Position numbers and translations under genes: made by a program. The notes beneath the pieces were generated by a model that saw only the letters and a list, made by a program, of their open reading frames with translations, was not told the origin of the DNA and made no database searches. This document shows positions 1 to 13,734 of a DNA stretch of 64,000 nt, one piece after another; the stretch's first letter is position 1, and the number at the start of each line of letters is the position of its first letter. The stretch is from Paraphysomonas bandaiensis. Its lineage: Eukaryota; Protista; Chrysophyceae. The stretch covers positions 558,001-622,000 of the forward strand of contig CBFFRP010000297.1 in assembly GCA_965644295.1 (NCBI GenBank), read 5' to 3'.

Positions 1-3000
1 GACGAATTCGCGGTACAAAGCGCTTGAGCAAGCGCATAAGTTTTCTCTATGCCTAATCTATGCAAACCTTCACCGCCGCGATCTCTGTACTTATCATCAC
101 CAGTAATGCCAAGAGCGTAGAGAGCATCTTCTGCTCCATATGCTCCAACATCATCCTCTGAATACGGAAGTCCAGAAATTAATCGAGGTAGTTCAACCTA
201 TAAATGGCACAGTAAGTGAAGCAAAATAAGTAAAATGCCACTAACTTGAAACCATTTGTGAAGGGAACGCTCAGAATCCTTTATCTTTTCGTCGATATAA
301 CCGAATGCATCCTCACGCCCTTTGGTCACAGAATCGCCATTACTTTCCAAATATGCAATATCAGCCTATTGAAAGAATCAGAAAGGTATATTAAGTATAC
401 CATTCTACCTTCAGCTTTCTGTTACTTGCTTCAAGTAGCTCTATCTTAGTTTCTAGTTCACGAACACGTGATCGCTCCGCAAGCAGTGAGCTGGTAGTTG
501 TTCTAACTTTTTCGATTGCATCAGCCGCCGTATTTCGACATATTGTCAACAGATTGCCCTCCAACTCAAACTGGTGTGCAGATTCCAGTGCGATCACTCT
601 CTCACTTGATTCGGCACGATTTTTATACCTGGAAAGAACATAAACTCAGCGTTTTATATGTACGAAGCATGTATCACCTGTACAACTGAGTCACAGCGCT
701 CTCCAATCTACATGACGTGGCACGTAAGCGTCGTTCTAAATCTCGACTACTAGACTGACTCTTAATCACTGACAACTCAGCATTATTAGCACGTTCATGG
801 GCTTCCACAACTAAATCAGTGATTCTTTGTAAAAACTTCTGTTCTGCTTTGGAAATAGGACCAGTGGCAGCGCGAGGATAGAACCCCACTTGATCCCGCC
901 ACTGCACTAGCATGGTGACTACTAGGTTTCGAACACTCTCAACTTCGCTTTCGTTATTTGGATGAGTGGCAAAATTATCGCCATTAGCTTCGGAATCACT
1001 TACAGTTTGGAGTGCTTCATTCGCAGAAGGAAGTACTGTGTCACTAAACCACTGCTGAAAGGCTTCGCGATCTGATAGCTCGGATTGTTTCGTTAATTCT
1101 TCACATTTAACACGCTGCTGCTGACAGAGATACTCTTTCTCGCGGAGAGCATGCTTCAAGTCCTCGATCTTCGATTCAAAGGTAGACCGCTGATCTAATA
1201 ATAGCTTCTCCCCACTTAAGATTCATCAATAAGACAATACATGGCCTCAATGCATTAAAACTACCTTGAAGCCTTATCCACCGAAATGGCATAATTCACT
1301 TTGAGCTGATTGTTAGCACTTTCAAGTCTCTTGACACTCAGAAGAAGTTTATTTATTCGCTTTTGATAGTTTATACAATTGGTCTCCAATTGGCGAGTTC
1401 GTCGTTCTGCCATCGCAGTTGATGCGAGCTGAAAAAGAGTCATGGCAAAGAGAAACCGAAACAAAATATATCTACCTGTGCTGTGGAGTCAGCAGATAAT
1501 TCTACAATGCGTTTTACTAATGCTTGAACTTCCCACGAGCCCGCAGAAGTAATCGGAGGAACTGGCGCAGCAATCAGGTCCGACAAATTTTCAAAAGCAG
1601 GACGATCCACGCTCGATTCGCGATCTAATAAGTTCTTCACAGTGGCGGTGTCCTTTGAGCCACCAAGCTGAAGCGTCTCCAAAGTTTCCATTAATATTTT
1701 CAACTGACATACATGCTTAATATGGATACATTTAATTTAAACTCACCAACCTGCGAAGTACGTTCCCGCACTAAATACTTCAACTCTTTGCACCCACCAC
1801 AGGAATTCTCTACTTTATCACGTCTTCCATTCGAACGTCTGTCCGCTAAGCAGTCACTCCCAACGGAATCACAAGAGCTGGCACTGTCATCAGTATTATC
1901 AGGATCATCGGAAGTCAAGTATGTATCTGCTGCAGGTTGTGCGCTATTTAGTGCAAAGCGTCTAGCACATGATGCACAAATATGAATATTGCCTAATGTA
2001 CGCTGAAGTTCTTGGCGACATGCAATCAATTCGTTTTCACTTGATTCCTGTCTCCTTCTAAGACGGAAACATTCATCTCTAGCCTCCTCCAAAGACTCTT
2101 GGCATAAAGCCAGCCGTTTGGCAATTGCTTCTTTCTCAATAGTGGTTCGCTCATCACCAGGATGTTTGAATTCGCCAGTCAAGTTCTCTCCACATGATTT
2201 ATTAGTTAAAGCCTCCTCTAACTCAGCAACTTTTATCTGTAACTCATGAATAACAAGTTCTTGGCTCGATACTCTCCTTGCCAGTACAACTTTATCTAAT
2301 CCATCGAGAAGTTCATCTCGGTCGTCACCATACTTGAATAATTGCTTTTGCCACTCTGCAGGCTCTTTGCCCCGGATTGCATCCGCGACGCCACTTGGAG
2401 GCATGACGGAGCTGTCAGGTTCGCCAAATCGATCCACATTTTCAGATATGCATGAAGTGCTGGTATCTACGTGTGAACCACTACGACTCCGACGTGCTGT
2501 GTTCGTATGCTTCTGCCTCAAAGATACTTCACTGGCAATTCTTTGCGCCGCCTTGAGCTCCTTTTGTAACCACATTAGTCTGCCACTGAAGAGTTCAATT
2601 AGCTCCGCCGCATTTAATCCAGGAATATTTATCAAGGATTGCGCCACATCACAAGCATCGAGCGACGAACGAAGATCTAACACTTCCTTGCGAAGAGACG
2701 CTGTTTTATCTTGTTCGGCCACCAGCATATCGCGATATGTTTGAATATCATTCCTTAAGTTGTGATTTACAAGTTGCTCAGATTCAACTGCCTGCCTTGC
2801 AATAGCAACTTCTGCGTGCATATCAGAGCGAGCCGAAAGAGATTTTATAGTTGTAGCCATTTCCGCCAATTTCGTATCTTTATCAGCAGCATGCGCTTGA
2901 ATGTATGCCTGCAAACGTTTTATTTCGCGTTTTGATAATTCGAGTGCATCACGCTGCTGTTCGTTAGATTTCCGAGCTTGCATTGCGTTGTATATTCGGG

Positions 3001-5111
3001 CCTATAAATATATAAAAAACAACATTACTTACGACTAGAAAATATACCTGACGTAACGTGGTGATCTCCATTGCTTGTGATCTAATAATATCCCGTAGTC
3101 TGTCAGCTTGAGAAGACTCGGGCAGCTGATCTTGCTCGTCGTGTGATTCGCACTGAACCGGGGAAGGACGGTGGGCTCCGGGCTCATTAATTGATGACGA
3201 AATAATATCACCAGAATTTGCAAGGTGAAACCCATTTTTACGAGCTTCGTGCCAAACATACGACCACCATGCATGAGGCGAATCTTCTTCGGAGCTACGA
3301 CTAACAGGAACAGAGTCTTTACCAGAAGCAAGGGTACTCGTCTCAACACCATGCCTCATGACATCCTGCAATGTTTTTTCTTTTTCACTCAACTCTGCAT
3401 CTCTCGCATCTAAGCCCCTTGCCTTCTTCTCAAGAGAAATACGCATGTCTTCAAGAGAAGCACGATCTTGATCAAGCCTTCGAATGCTACGATCATTGTT
3501 ACCTCAGAGCCACTCAGAACAAATCAAAAAATGTACCTCTCTTCAGTATGTGATGCCCTCTCCTCAGCCAGTTCTAACTGGGAGCGAAGTCTATCAATTT
3601 CTTGCTCAGCGCTCACAGCCCGTTCCTATCAATACAGAAAAAGTGAAACATATCTCACTTGCTTTGGCATGACTACCTTCATCAAAGATAACTGGCTCTG
3701 AAAAACTTTTTCAGTGAATGGAAAAGTTGAACTGTTGCTTGTAGGCATCTCTTCATGTGAGCTTTCAAGCTGCTGTTGCTCGCAAATCACATTAGGTGAA
3801 GTGATACTCGCAGTGCGCGCTTCTGCCTCTTCACATCTTTGGCACAAGTAAGTACAGCGAGAGTAGATGATATTCTTCAACATACCTCTGTTTGTATCGC
3901 TCCAGCTCATCTCTAAGCTGTTTGATATCATTTTCATACTTCTTATTTGAGCTATCTTCATCATCTTGCATCCGTTCAGAGGGATCTTCATTCCTATGTG
4001 TGTTATCTTCATTCATATCTCGAAGACGTGATATCTCGGAGATCAACACCTGATCCACAATGAGTTCTACTCTACGATATCGAAGTATTTATTAAACCTC
4101 TATTTGCTCCGCTTGGTCAATAGTTTTCTCGCGAAGGTTTTCCATCTCTTGCAACTGATCGGGCAATAAGGTGTGTTTCTCAATCTTCTTGTTGTCTTCG
4201 GATATATCAGAGGCCAATGAAGCTCGGTTGCGATCGGCATCATGCATACTCTCCAGACGTTTCTGCAATATGTTGTTTTCGTTTGTTTCGGAGTCCAGCC
4301 TGGCCTGCAGTTCTCGAACATGTGATGCATTCTTCTTGAACTTATCCTCAAACTCAAGTGCTTTCCGCTGTAGATCTCTGCAAGTACAATGAACTAGCGT
4401 CAAGAAATGACCAACATTTCAATACCTGTTCTCTTTCACAAAATCATTTAGCCGAGTCTGTAAACTCTCTATCGCTTCATCTTTCTCGCGCAATAATTGA
4501 AGTGCCTGTACAAACATATAAAACGCAAGGCCTTGCTTGAATATTAAAAAAAGGAACACAACCTTCTGACTCTTTTCCTCAAATTGTGTTCTTTCTATTG
4601 AAATTCTATTATGTATGACGTCGTAGAAATTAGGATGCTCTTTCTCCAAAGATTCAATGGTTTGTTGCAACTTTGCAATCGTCTCATCTCGCGATTCTAT
4701 CATTTCTTGCATTTGAGACATGGACACTTGACGACTGGATCGACTCTGCTGCCTCGACCGCGTAGGTGATGGAGATCTGGATGATTTAGAATCTCTGGGG
4801 TGTAAAAAGAAATTAACTTCGACCCTTTGTTCAAAAAAAGAAGACGACAGCTGTATCGTATCTGTCTGTCCACGAACTCCTTTCGCGTAATTCGGAAAAT
4901 GGGATATATAAAGTCTGACGCTGACGACTATGGATTGCCCTGCATTCAAATGAATGCGATTGGGAGATATCTGATACCGCTGTGAACTAGGCCGTAGAGT
5001 GAAGTCGACAGGAATGGCCAGTGGGTTAGTTATACATAAACTAGTGGTGTAAGCCTGATTTAATCGAACATCGCGATACACGATAGTCTGAGGCTCGATC
5101 TCAAGCATCAT
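1..5111 (-). CDS. Multi-exon protein with N-terminal ASH/MSP-like Ig domain and very long coiled coil; probable centrosome/basal-body protein; 3' end outside window
   Basis: N-terminus LEIEPQTIVYRDVRLNQAYTTSLCITNP..VDFTL...YQISPNRIHLNAGQSIVVSV fits the ASH/PapD-like pattern. Successive minus-strand ORFs rich in E/K/L/Q/R are joined by short GT-AG introns. Confidence 0.7.
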
Positions 5112-7185
5112 ATGATCCCTTGGAGACTAACACTTAGGCTATAGAAGATAGCGGCAGGCGATGGCTCATGATGGTGTCTCTGGTGGTTGATATGGCAACA
5201 GTGAGCTGATTTGAAATCTCAACAAGTAAACACACTGCTGGAACAAGTGAGTAAAAGACGACATAAAAACACGTTAAGTATTTCAAAAATATGAAGTAAT
5301 CCTCACATAATACGGGATATTCTATCATCAGATTGCGAAAATCACTGGTTTCTAGTATTATGATCGAATTGTCCCGATTACCCCAATAATAGCAGTGGAG
5401 AGAGTAGTGAGGGGCATGCACTCCACCATCCAGCAGATGAGTTGCACTGATTTACTCCAGATAGTTATAATTTATCATTGCATTGACCAAGCTTTCCATA
5501 TGCAATGGAGGTCAAATATGATGATAGGCATTAATTCATTCATTATTGCATAAGGTTCCGAGTTTTTCGTACCGTTTGTGCATGTATCAGTAACAGAAAT
5601 AACTCTGGCTATTGGGGTTATGTACAAGTGCAATTAATCATATCAAATGTGCTTAGGTAATATGAAATATTGCCTCAGGAATTAAATTATCAGATCAGCT
5701 CGATTCTGACTAAATTTACTACTTTGACACAATCAGATATCACCTGTGTGATAGAATTATCGCAGAACTGCTATCGCCGAATACAATGCTGCAGGCATGT
5801 AGTGCGAGAAAAATCGATGGTTCAACATATAAAACATCCTTGTTCATGTATTACAAATATATTTGGTTAATATTTACTGGTTTATTAAATATTGAAGACT
5901 TCATGTTATACCTTTTCGATGAATGCCAGGGGCCTAGGGTAAATAGGGAAAATCTACTTCCCAATTATACACGATTTCTAATCTTCCTTCTGAAAGTAAT
6001 GTCACAACAAATAAGGAGATACATCTATTAATTTGACTATATTTTTCCCGTGGTACATTGTGCTATCCCACAAAAGGCAACAGAATCTCATGATAACTGT
6101 ACTGCATATCTTTTTGAGACTCTGTTTGAACAATGGTATAAAGTTTTAATTGAACTATACTAGTTATTTAATAGCTTAAGAGAGTTAACTAGTAAGCTAA
6201 TTTTAATTGCGATAACGCAAATTGAGTAACTAATAGAAGACTACATTTGATATTACGAATAGAGTTAGCAAAGAGGGAAATTTGTTCATGAAAAATAATT
6301 CACATACTATACATATATCGGATCCATATCAGAAATAAGAAAGTAACTTCACACCAGCATATATCACTATTTACTTGTAGACATATCTAGGAAAATATAA
6401 ATATGAAATCCATTTAGGAAGTACTTCAGTCAGACGATTAATTCTAATATTAACAAGAGGAATTCCAATATTAATTCTCTTGCCTCATTGACGAATAGTA
6501 AACAAGAGAAAAAATAAGGGTGCTGAATGTGGGCAGCACTCTCTTGTTAAAATCAGCAGATGTTTAGATGAGCAATCAAAGTGAGGACACGACTGTACGT
6601 AACAGTGGTATGGAAGGGCCTTTCATGTGATTACGTAGTGCGGAAAGTAATAGATCAGACTAGCACGCCATCCAGAGTCCTTGAATATACTCTAGCTTGA
6701 ATGCGAGAAATACGCTGAAGTTGGTTTTGAACATGAGTGTAGCATACCACCGCAGAGCGCAGAGTGTATGATGGGGACATATGGCGCCTGTCCTTCGCTG
6801 GGAACACGGATGGTATATACTGTACATACAGTATATATACCACCCGTATACATGTACTGCTGTGTGTCTGATGTCGGTTACGATCTGGTGATGATGCTGT
6901 CTTTTCCAAAAAAACTGAAAAAGATGCGCCTCTTCAAGCTCTTCTGCCCACCCACATGGTCTAACTCACCAGAGGACGGACAAACCCCTACACAACGCAT
7001 CTCTGTATAGTTCTGCAGTGTACACACGACGATGAGGAGTCGGGCCAGTCGGTACCTCCCAACCACCCCCATATATAACAACCCGCCCAGTACTCAACTC
7101 ATGTGTTTCCTCAGCCGTATCGAGCTATAAGTATGGGGGTCTTTTAATTCTATTAGAGGCTTAGTAAATTACAAAGCTGTCTGAG

Positions 7186-8696
7186 ATGGAACTCCGTGTT
7201 GGTAAGAAGGTAAGCGAGTGTTTATCATACAGATGCAGTGGAGTTTGCTTATATCGCATGCAGTATCGGCTTGGTCGTAAGATCGGCAGCGGGTCATTCG
7301 GTGATATATATTTGGGCACTAATATGACCACCGGAGAAGAAGTTGCTATAAAACTTGAATCTATAAGAAGTAAACACCCGCAACTACTACGAGAGACGAA
7401 GATTTATAGATCACTGCATGGGAGTGGTGCGTACATGTGCATATATGTATATGTATATTCATGTCATTATACTTATATAAATATTAATCAGTTGGAATCC
7501 CGAATGTGAGATGGTTCGGTGTGGAGGGTGATTACAATGTTATGATTATTGATCTACTTGGAAGAAGCTTAGAAGATTTGTTTAACGACTGCGGCCGTGT
7601 GTTTAATCTGAAAACTGTTCTGACACTGGCTGATCAACTTCTCTGTCGTTTGGAAACTGTGCATACGAAATGTTATATCCACCGTGATATAAAGCCAGAT
7701 AATTTCTTGATGGGACGAGGTGGAAGACGAACAATGTGCTATGTTATTGATTTTGGATTGTCGAAACTGTATCGAGATCCGAGAAATCATCGACACATTC
7801 CTTATCGTGAAGGCAAAAACTTAACTGGAACAGCTCGATACGCATCCATTAATACGCATATGGGTGTAGGTGAGTGGTGATATTGTGTTTAGCTTTAAGG
7901 TTTAATATCGCGCGTCCTAGAACAATCACGCCGCGATGACTTGGAGTCATTGGGATACGTGTTGATGTATTTCCTTCGAGGGAGTCTTCCCTGGCAAGGG
8001 CTCAAAGCCAACACAAAGAAGCAAAAATACGAGAGAATACTCGAAAAGAAGGCTGAAGTCTCAGTAGAAACGCTGTGCAAAGGATATCCAGGTAACGCAA
8101 AACCTATCACACTTACTTTTTGTGTGTATTGTAATATCTATCTCTCCAGCGGAGTTTCGGTCCTATTTCGAACACGTTCGCTCACTGCGTTTCGAAGAAC
8201 GTCCTGATTATGATTATTTGAAGCGAATGTTCAGAGAGCTTTTCTTTCGTAAAGGCTTTCGTTATGATAATATTTATGACTGGGATATTCTTGCGCTGCC
8301 AATGAGTGAACGGGACAAAATGACCCCTGAATATACTACTGGTATCGATCAAGTTGAAGCACCAATCGGAGATGCTAAGCGTGGCGATGATGGTAAGAAC
8401 ATATAGTTCTATTGTAATATACTTATGTTGTGTCATCAGTCCAAGATCAAAAAGGAGATACTGCTGGCGGAGGAGTATCAGGTGCTGATCCTGCCCCGGT
8501 GAGAATCATGACACGAGGCAGCGCAGGAGCTAGTGGTTCGGGTGGTGGCGGGGATACTGCCGAGGCCGCTGTTAGTGGGGGAGTAAGGCCCCGTGCAATT
8601 GTTCAACGAGGGAGTAGGCAACAAACTGGGGATGGGACTGAGGTAAAGAAACATGGCTACCAGACAAGGGCGAACAACACGAGATGGGAGGGGTAA
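7186..8696 (+). CDS. CK1: Casein kinase 1, multi-exon
   Basis: MELRVGKK|[56 protein letters not shown]; G/R-rich tail; first intron 7210-7263. Confidence 0.95.
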
Positions 8697-9057
8697 CCAG
8701 TTGGTCTCGTTCTTGTTGTCAATAAGATACAGAAAATTATCGGTTGATTTGATATGCGTATAAGGACGTTTTTTGTTGTTGCCATTGTAGAATCATTAGT
8801 AAGAAGCAGCATTGAGATTTGCATGGCGTGTACAACGAAGCAGTTGTAAATTTAATACTTTTATCGACGAATATATGTATTGCGTTATCACATTCGTACT
8901 GATATCCGCTAATGTTTCAGCTTGTCTGTCCTTAGAAATGAAGGATCATTAGTACACTATAATACTTAAACACTTAGGCTGTAGTGTCTCCAAAGCTTAG
9001 TTGTTAATTAGTAATTAGAATAGTATAACGTATCCCAAATTGGCATAGTTACTATAA

Positions 9058-9224
9058 TTTCTATGATTTGCCGTGTATGATAAGTCGTTTACTGCAGCAG
9101 GTGTGATCGAGAGATAGCAGACGCACAATAAGCCCAAATATATCAGACTACTAACCCGACTAACCCTAAGGTGTTCATCTAGTCAAAACTAAGAGTTTTT
9201 ATTCAAACATGGGAACATGATATA
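9058..9224 (-). repeat. Dispersed ~170-bp repeat (family A), reverse copy of 21535-21708
   Basis: Reverse complement matches CATGTTCCCATGTT(T/G)GAATAAAAACTC..TTTTGACTAGATGAACACCTTAGGGTTAGTCGGGTTAGTAGTCTG...CATACACGGCAAATCATAGAAA. Confidence 0.85.
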
Positions 9225-9569
9225 GGAAACTATATATTGTAAAATATAGTGATTGGTGGATTGGTCAAATATTCGGTCCATCAATATTGTATGTGTTAAA
9301 GTAGCTCACAATATATTGCAATATATTTTTCCCTATCCCTGAAATATATACTATTATGATATTACACTTCTTTAATTATTCATTGCAGTGTTTACAACAA
9401 GCTGAGTCTTAAATAAATTCTTTTCGAAATTGTATATTGTGTTGAGTTTTGTGTTACTGTGCCCGTAATTCGAAGTAATTTGTATTATGACTTTACTCAA
9501 AGCATGCAGTAGTGGTTAACCGTATTATGAGAAGTAATGAGAACTGAATATATACAACATATAACATAC

Positions 9570-11069
9570 CAGGGCCTGATAACCATTAATGGCCCATTAA
9601 TGGTAGTCCAGTTCCCGGCAATTATAATGGCCATTAATACCTACTAACTTAGAGTAGATAGCACCACTCATATACTAGATAGTGTTGTGCTCCCTTAATT
9701 GCTAATTTTTAGTTAAATAGCAGACTACAAATTTTAACTACTACTTCTCGCTCGCTACTGGCACATCAGGATCTTCTTGCCGGGCTCTTTATGGAGGGTA
9801 TAAACATCCCAAACATGTAATTGGCTCGTAGGAATAGCAACGATTCTAGACGATATGGATTCATGTTTCTACGCTCAGGTGTCATAATCAACGTTGCACG
9901 ACTAAAGAGCCTCTCAACAACATTAGATTGTAATTCAATATGAAGCAAGCAGCGGTAGTTGGACTCATAGGTACCAAGTCGAGCTCTCTTGGTGACCTGG
10001 CGCTGTCCAGAACACGCTGTGCAAAATCAGTTCCTCCACTCTCGTCCTCGTTATTTCTGTCGGGTACACCAACCTCCATGGATGAATCCAGTTGCAAATG
10101 TTTAACTGCTCTTCTCTCATTGCCTGTCAACTCTCTTTCATCGTTCCCTTGAATTTTAGCCACTGCCTTCTCAAAATTTGCACTGGCAACAATGCTTGCA
10201 TTCGGGGAAAGGTATGGATGCAGCTCTGGAAATTCTTGTAGCAGCATATCAAATAACTGGTGGGCTTGGTACAAATTGGTTCAATCTCTTCCGAACATAC
10301 TTATTCTCCACGATAGAAAATGGTTCGTCGTTCATAACTATCCATTCCAGCCACCGAAATAAGTTCCTTGCAGCAGGAGATACTTTCTTTCTTACAAAAG
10401 ACAATATAAATTGCCCCCGTGAAGTCTTTCACTTCCCAAATTCTCTCGAGTTCCTCTCGCCAAGAAAAATCCGCATGTTTGGTGCCCCTCTTGGCTGTAT
10501 GATTCACACAACTCGCGTAACCTCGCTGTATATCTTGTTCGGCGATCATTGCACAACGAACAATATGATACAGAGCACTGAGAGGATTCTCTGAAACCAC
10601 TCGGGAGAAGACTCTGTAAATTACACTGCCATCAATTGTTTAGGTCATCATCGTTGCTTAATGTGCTGGATGGTATAAATACAGAGTATATTACATCGCT
10701 CAGTTGTGTACACTGTAGCGTCTTTTAACTTTGGGGGAAAATAGTGCATATTTTCAATGATTATTTTAGAGTTTTTGGGTATATGGGTACGTTGCTATGG
10801 ATATCGTCAGAACACTGTTCTCTAAAATGCATTGAGAAGAAGATAATGAACAAGGTTGCCACAGAGTGCCTGTAGAGTTGCATGAACATTGTTGTCTAAT
10901 ACTGTTTAGAGGAGATACTATATTCTATTATCTTAGTAACACTCAGTTCTATATATAGCAGTACAGGTCATTAATGGGATGCCATTAATGGCCCATTAAT
11001 GGTAGTCCAGCTCCCGGCAATTGCATTAATTAAAAAAGTCCCGGCAATTATAATGGTTACCAGATGCTG
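9570..11069 (-). mobile_element. Non-autonomous (decayed) hAT DNA transposon, 1500 bp
   Basis: Imperfect TIRs CAGGGCCTGATAACCATTA / TAATGGTTACCAGATGCTG; 8-bp TSD TAACATAC at 9562-9569 and 11070-11077; subterminal CCATTAATGG and TCCCGGCAATT repeats; frameshifted hAT C-terminal dimerisation motif SNVVERLFSRATLIMTPERRNMNPYRLESLLFLRAN. Confidence 0.92.
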
Positions 11070-12405
11070 TAACATACAAGAAGATAGTGACGAGGTAAGA
11101 TCGTACTTGAAATGAGTCGTAGTAGAGATAGCATGATACGTTGTTTATTATTATAATAATTTTAAGATTATTCATGTGTGAGTACACGTCCAGTTAACTT
11201 ATAAGTAAATCATTCAATTGTGTCATAACTTGACATATTGAACAACTCATTGATGAACAACGCATATATTGCATATTGCTCAATAATAAATTGTGACATG
11301 TGTCTGCTACAATATCCTACTCCTATATAGCGAGGTACTGCTGATATAACCACTGTATTAATGACCTGTGGTGACTTCCAATTAGATATTGATCATTTAC
11401 TAATTAACCTGCCTTAAGAATACTCTACTAACGACTCAACCTTTTGTAGTAGGCAAAGGTGTCCATGGGTGGGGCGGCAACAGAATCTGCGCGTGATCTA
11501 TGCGGGTTGGTCCACGGGTAGGCGGGTGGTAGAATCAGTGCAAAATCTCGGTGTTATATGTGGTATACCAGCGAGCCTACATTATGGCCACGTTCTCAGA
11601 ATGGGGCATTATTTGTTCAATTGCATCTCTAAAACTAAGTTTTTAGTTATATTTAAAGTTGTACATTTCTTTTGAACAGTTTTCATATCATACTTTCTAT
11701 AAATTGAAAGTATTTTATGAGGTAATGGTGAAACATTAAATATGTAGTCATCAAGTTCCATCGTATCAATGCTTCCTTGTGTACAATGCTTTATCCTAAG
11801 CGGATACAAGAATTCCCATGTAGTGTTTGCAATTGCACGATAGGAGAGCGAACAGTAGTTTGCTAGAATCTGTTGGAATTTTTACCTGCCCATGCCGCCC
11901 GCTATCTGTTCATATAAAAGTCTCGCAGATTCTGTGGGAGCTAACCTATCAGGGCCAGGTCAAATCACACGCAGCCTATTACCTATTGCCACTATGTATA
12001 ACAGGGGTACAGCTAATGTATATTAACAGTGTATACTACCATTTCTTAGAGCCAGTTTAGACCACAACAGATTCGAAGAATTCCCCTCCTCCCGCTGTGT
12101 GTTAAAAATATACTGGATTGCAATATAAATATTGCAATTATTGATTTTAGTTTGCTACAATATATTTATTATTACTTTACCAAAATTTGGCCTCGCAATA
12201 TAGTGATATATATTGCTCATGCCCATATAAGAAGTCGCTATCTCCCATATTCTGTGAGAGCCAACCTATCATCCACCCGTGTTCGCCTTACAAACATAGG
12301 CACACGGGCTTGGAATGGAGCACAGGCATTTGATGTCAATAAGAATTTTAACGGTACGCTAACAATATGACAAAGATAATCACTGTGAAACATACTGACT
12401 ACCAT

Positions 12406-13194
12406 CTAGCACCCTTTCAATTTCAAAACTAGATGGAGAGTAGACCCCTCAGTAATATTGTACTCTGACAACATCCGCGAACATTCCAACTGCTCTCCGT
12501 GAAAAAGAAGGCGTTGTTGATCACATGGAATTCCTTCCTCCCTTTCAATTATGCCCATCAATGTGAGCGGAAGAGCTTCAGTGAAATAAATCGGAGTAGC
12601 ATCTTCATTCCAAAAATTATCATTCATATCCTCTGCAAATCTTGCCCGGTACAATACTTTTGTAGAAGATAAGCGCTGTTTCCGTTGATTTATATCATGT
12701 GCATTATCCGGAGAATGATGCAGAAATTCAAAGTGTTGATGGGAGCGCATGGGGACGACTCTAAAATGAATAGCCCTTGTGTCGTTTTGGTATGATTCAG
12801 TATCCAGAATATGTGTGTGCCAAATTTGATCGATAATTGGCGATGGTGACAATATTTTGCCTTTAGTGTCATTAAGGGCACATTTCAATTCAATGAATCG
12901 AATATATTCTAAAGTTGCTTCCTCTGCAAAATAAGCATCCCAGTTAAGATCTCGACATAACATCATCGTTAAATGAGGAAGCGTAAATGAACCTTCACTC
13001 TCATTACTGCTGCTCGCATAGCCATAACGTGCATCGCTTGCTTTTCTTTTCTTCTTTTCATTTGATTTAATTTGAAATATTCGATTTCTTTTATTGCCGT
13101 ATATGTCATCAGGTGAATCATGGCCTACTAGCATAGAGGGTTCTACCGTTAATGGGATAGTTTTACCCGTGAGAGTTTTGGCGAAGATTTGCAT
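12406..13194 (-). CDS. Ubiquitin-like protein split by a ~186-aa insert containing a GRDP-like (glycine-rich-domain-protein) domain; ends LKGC
   Basis: [20 protein letters not shown] matches Ub 1-20 and [43 protein letters not shown] matches Ub 30-76. The insert has EYIRFIELK...[18 protein letters not shown]...FLHHSP. Intronless; ATG at 13194. Confidence 0.85.
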   Translation of the reverse strand: MQIFAKTLTGKTIPLTVEPSMLVGHDSPDDIYGNKRNRIFQIKSNEKKKRKASDARYGYASSSNESEGSFTLPHLTMMLCRDLNWDAYFAEEATLEYIRFIELKCALNDTKGKILSPSPIIDQIWHTHILDTESYQNDTRAIHFRVVPMRSHQHFEFLHHSPDNAHDINQRKQRLSSTKVLYRARFAEDMNDNFWNEDATPIYFTEALPLTLMGIIEREEGIPCDQQRLLFHGEQLECSRMLSEYNITEGSTLHLVLKLKGC

Positions 13195-13734
13195 AGTGTG
13201 ATATTCAATGTACTGTACGTGGATGTTATGGATATGGATATCGTCTGTACACTGCAGTGCAGTAGGAGCAGAGTGGACTGGGATGCTGCATGGATATGCA
13301 TGCATATCTGCTAGTGGGGTATGCTCTGCTTGTAGATGCTGGACCAGCCTGGTCCAGGCGGGACATACAGCAGTATCTTTGATCTCTGGATTTGGCCTGG
13401 TGATCTCAAGTGCGTGAATATGGACCTAAAAACTGAAAAAAAAAGATAAAGTCAGTAAACTGAAAATAAGATCCACCTCCATAAGATTCCCTCCTCACAC
13501 AAGGATCGTCAGAGTGTGTGATGTTACAGCAGCAGGCAGCAGGTGAATCTTTTTATTGTGTAGCTTGCTTCATATGAGCAGAGCTGAGGGCGTGTGTATA
13601 TCAGTATACAGGGAGGTGTGTATGCGTATGTGGGTATGGGGGATCCCTCTATATAAAGTTATAGCCAACTCCATGATATCAGTGCATGTATAGTTCCTCT
13701 TGTTATCGGATAACGATTATAGTGCATTATAACA

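Noticed and set aside
1-5111. Naming the coiled-coil gene CEP290
   Set aside because: Only generic coiled-coil similarity; no diagnostic motif I can verify by eye.
11460-11950. Possible MITE with inverted ACAGAATCTGCG/CGCAGATTCTGT
   Set aside because: The match is short and degenerate, and no termini or TSD could be defined.
12406-13194. Insert in ubiquitin as an intein or intron
   Set aside because: No C/S...HN intein termini or Hint motifs; the insert is an open frame with a recognisable protein motif, unlike the short AT-rich introns here.
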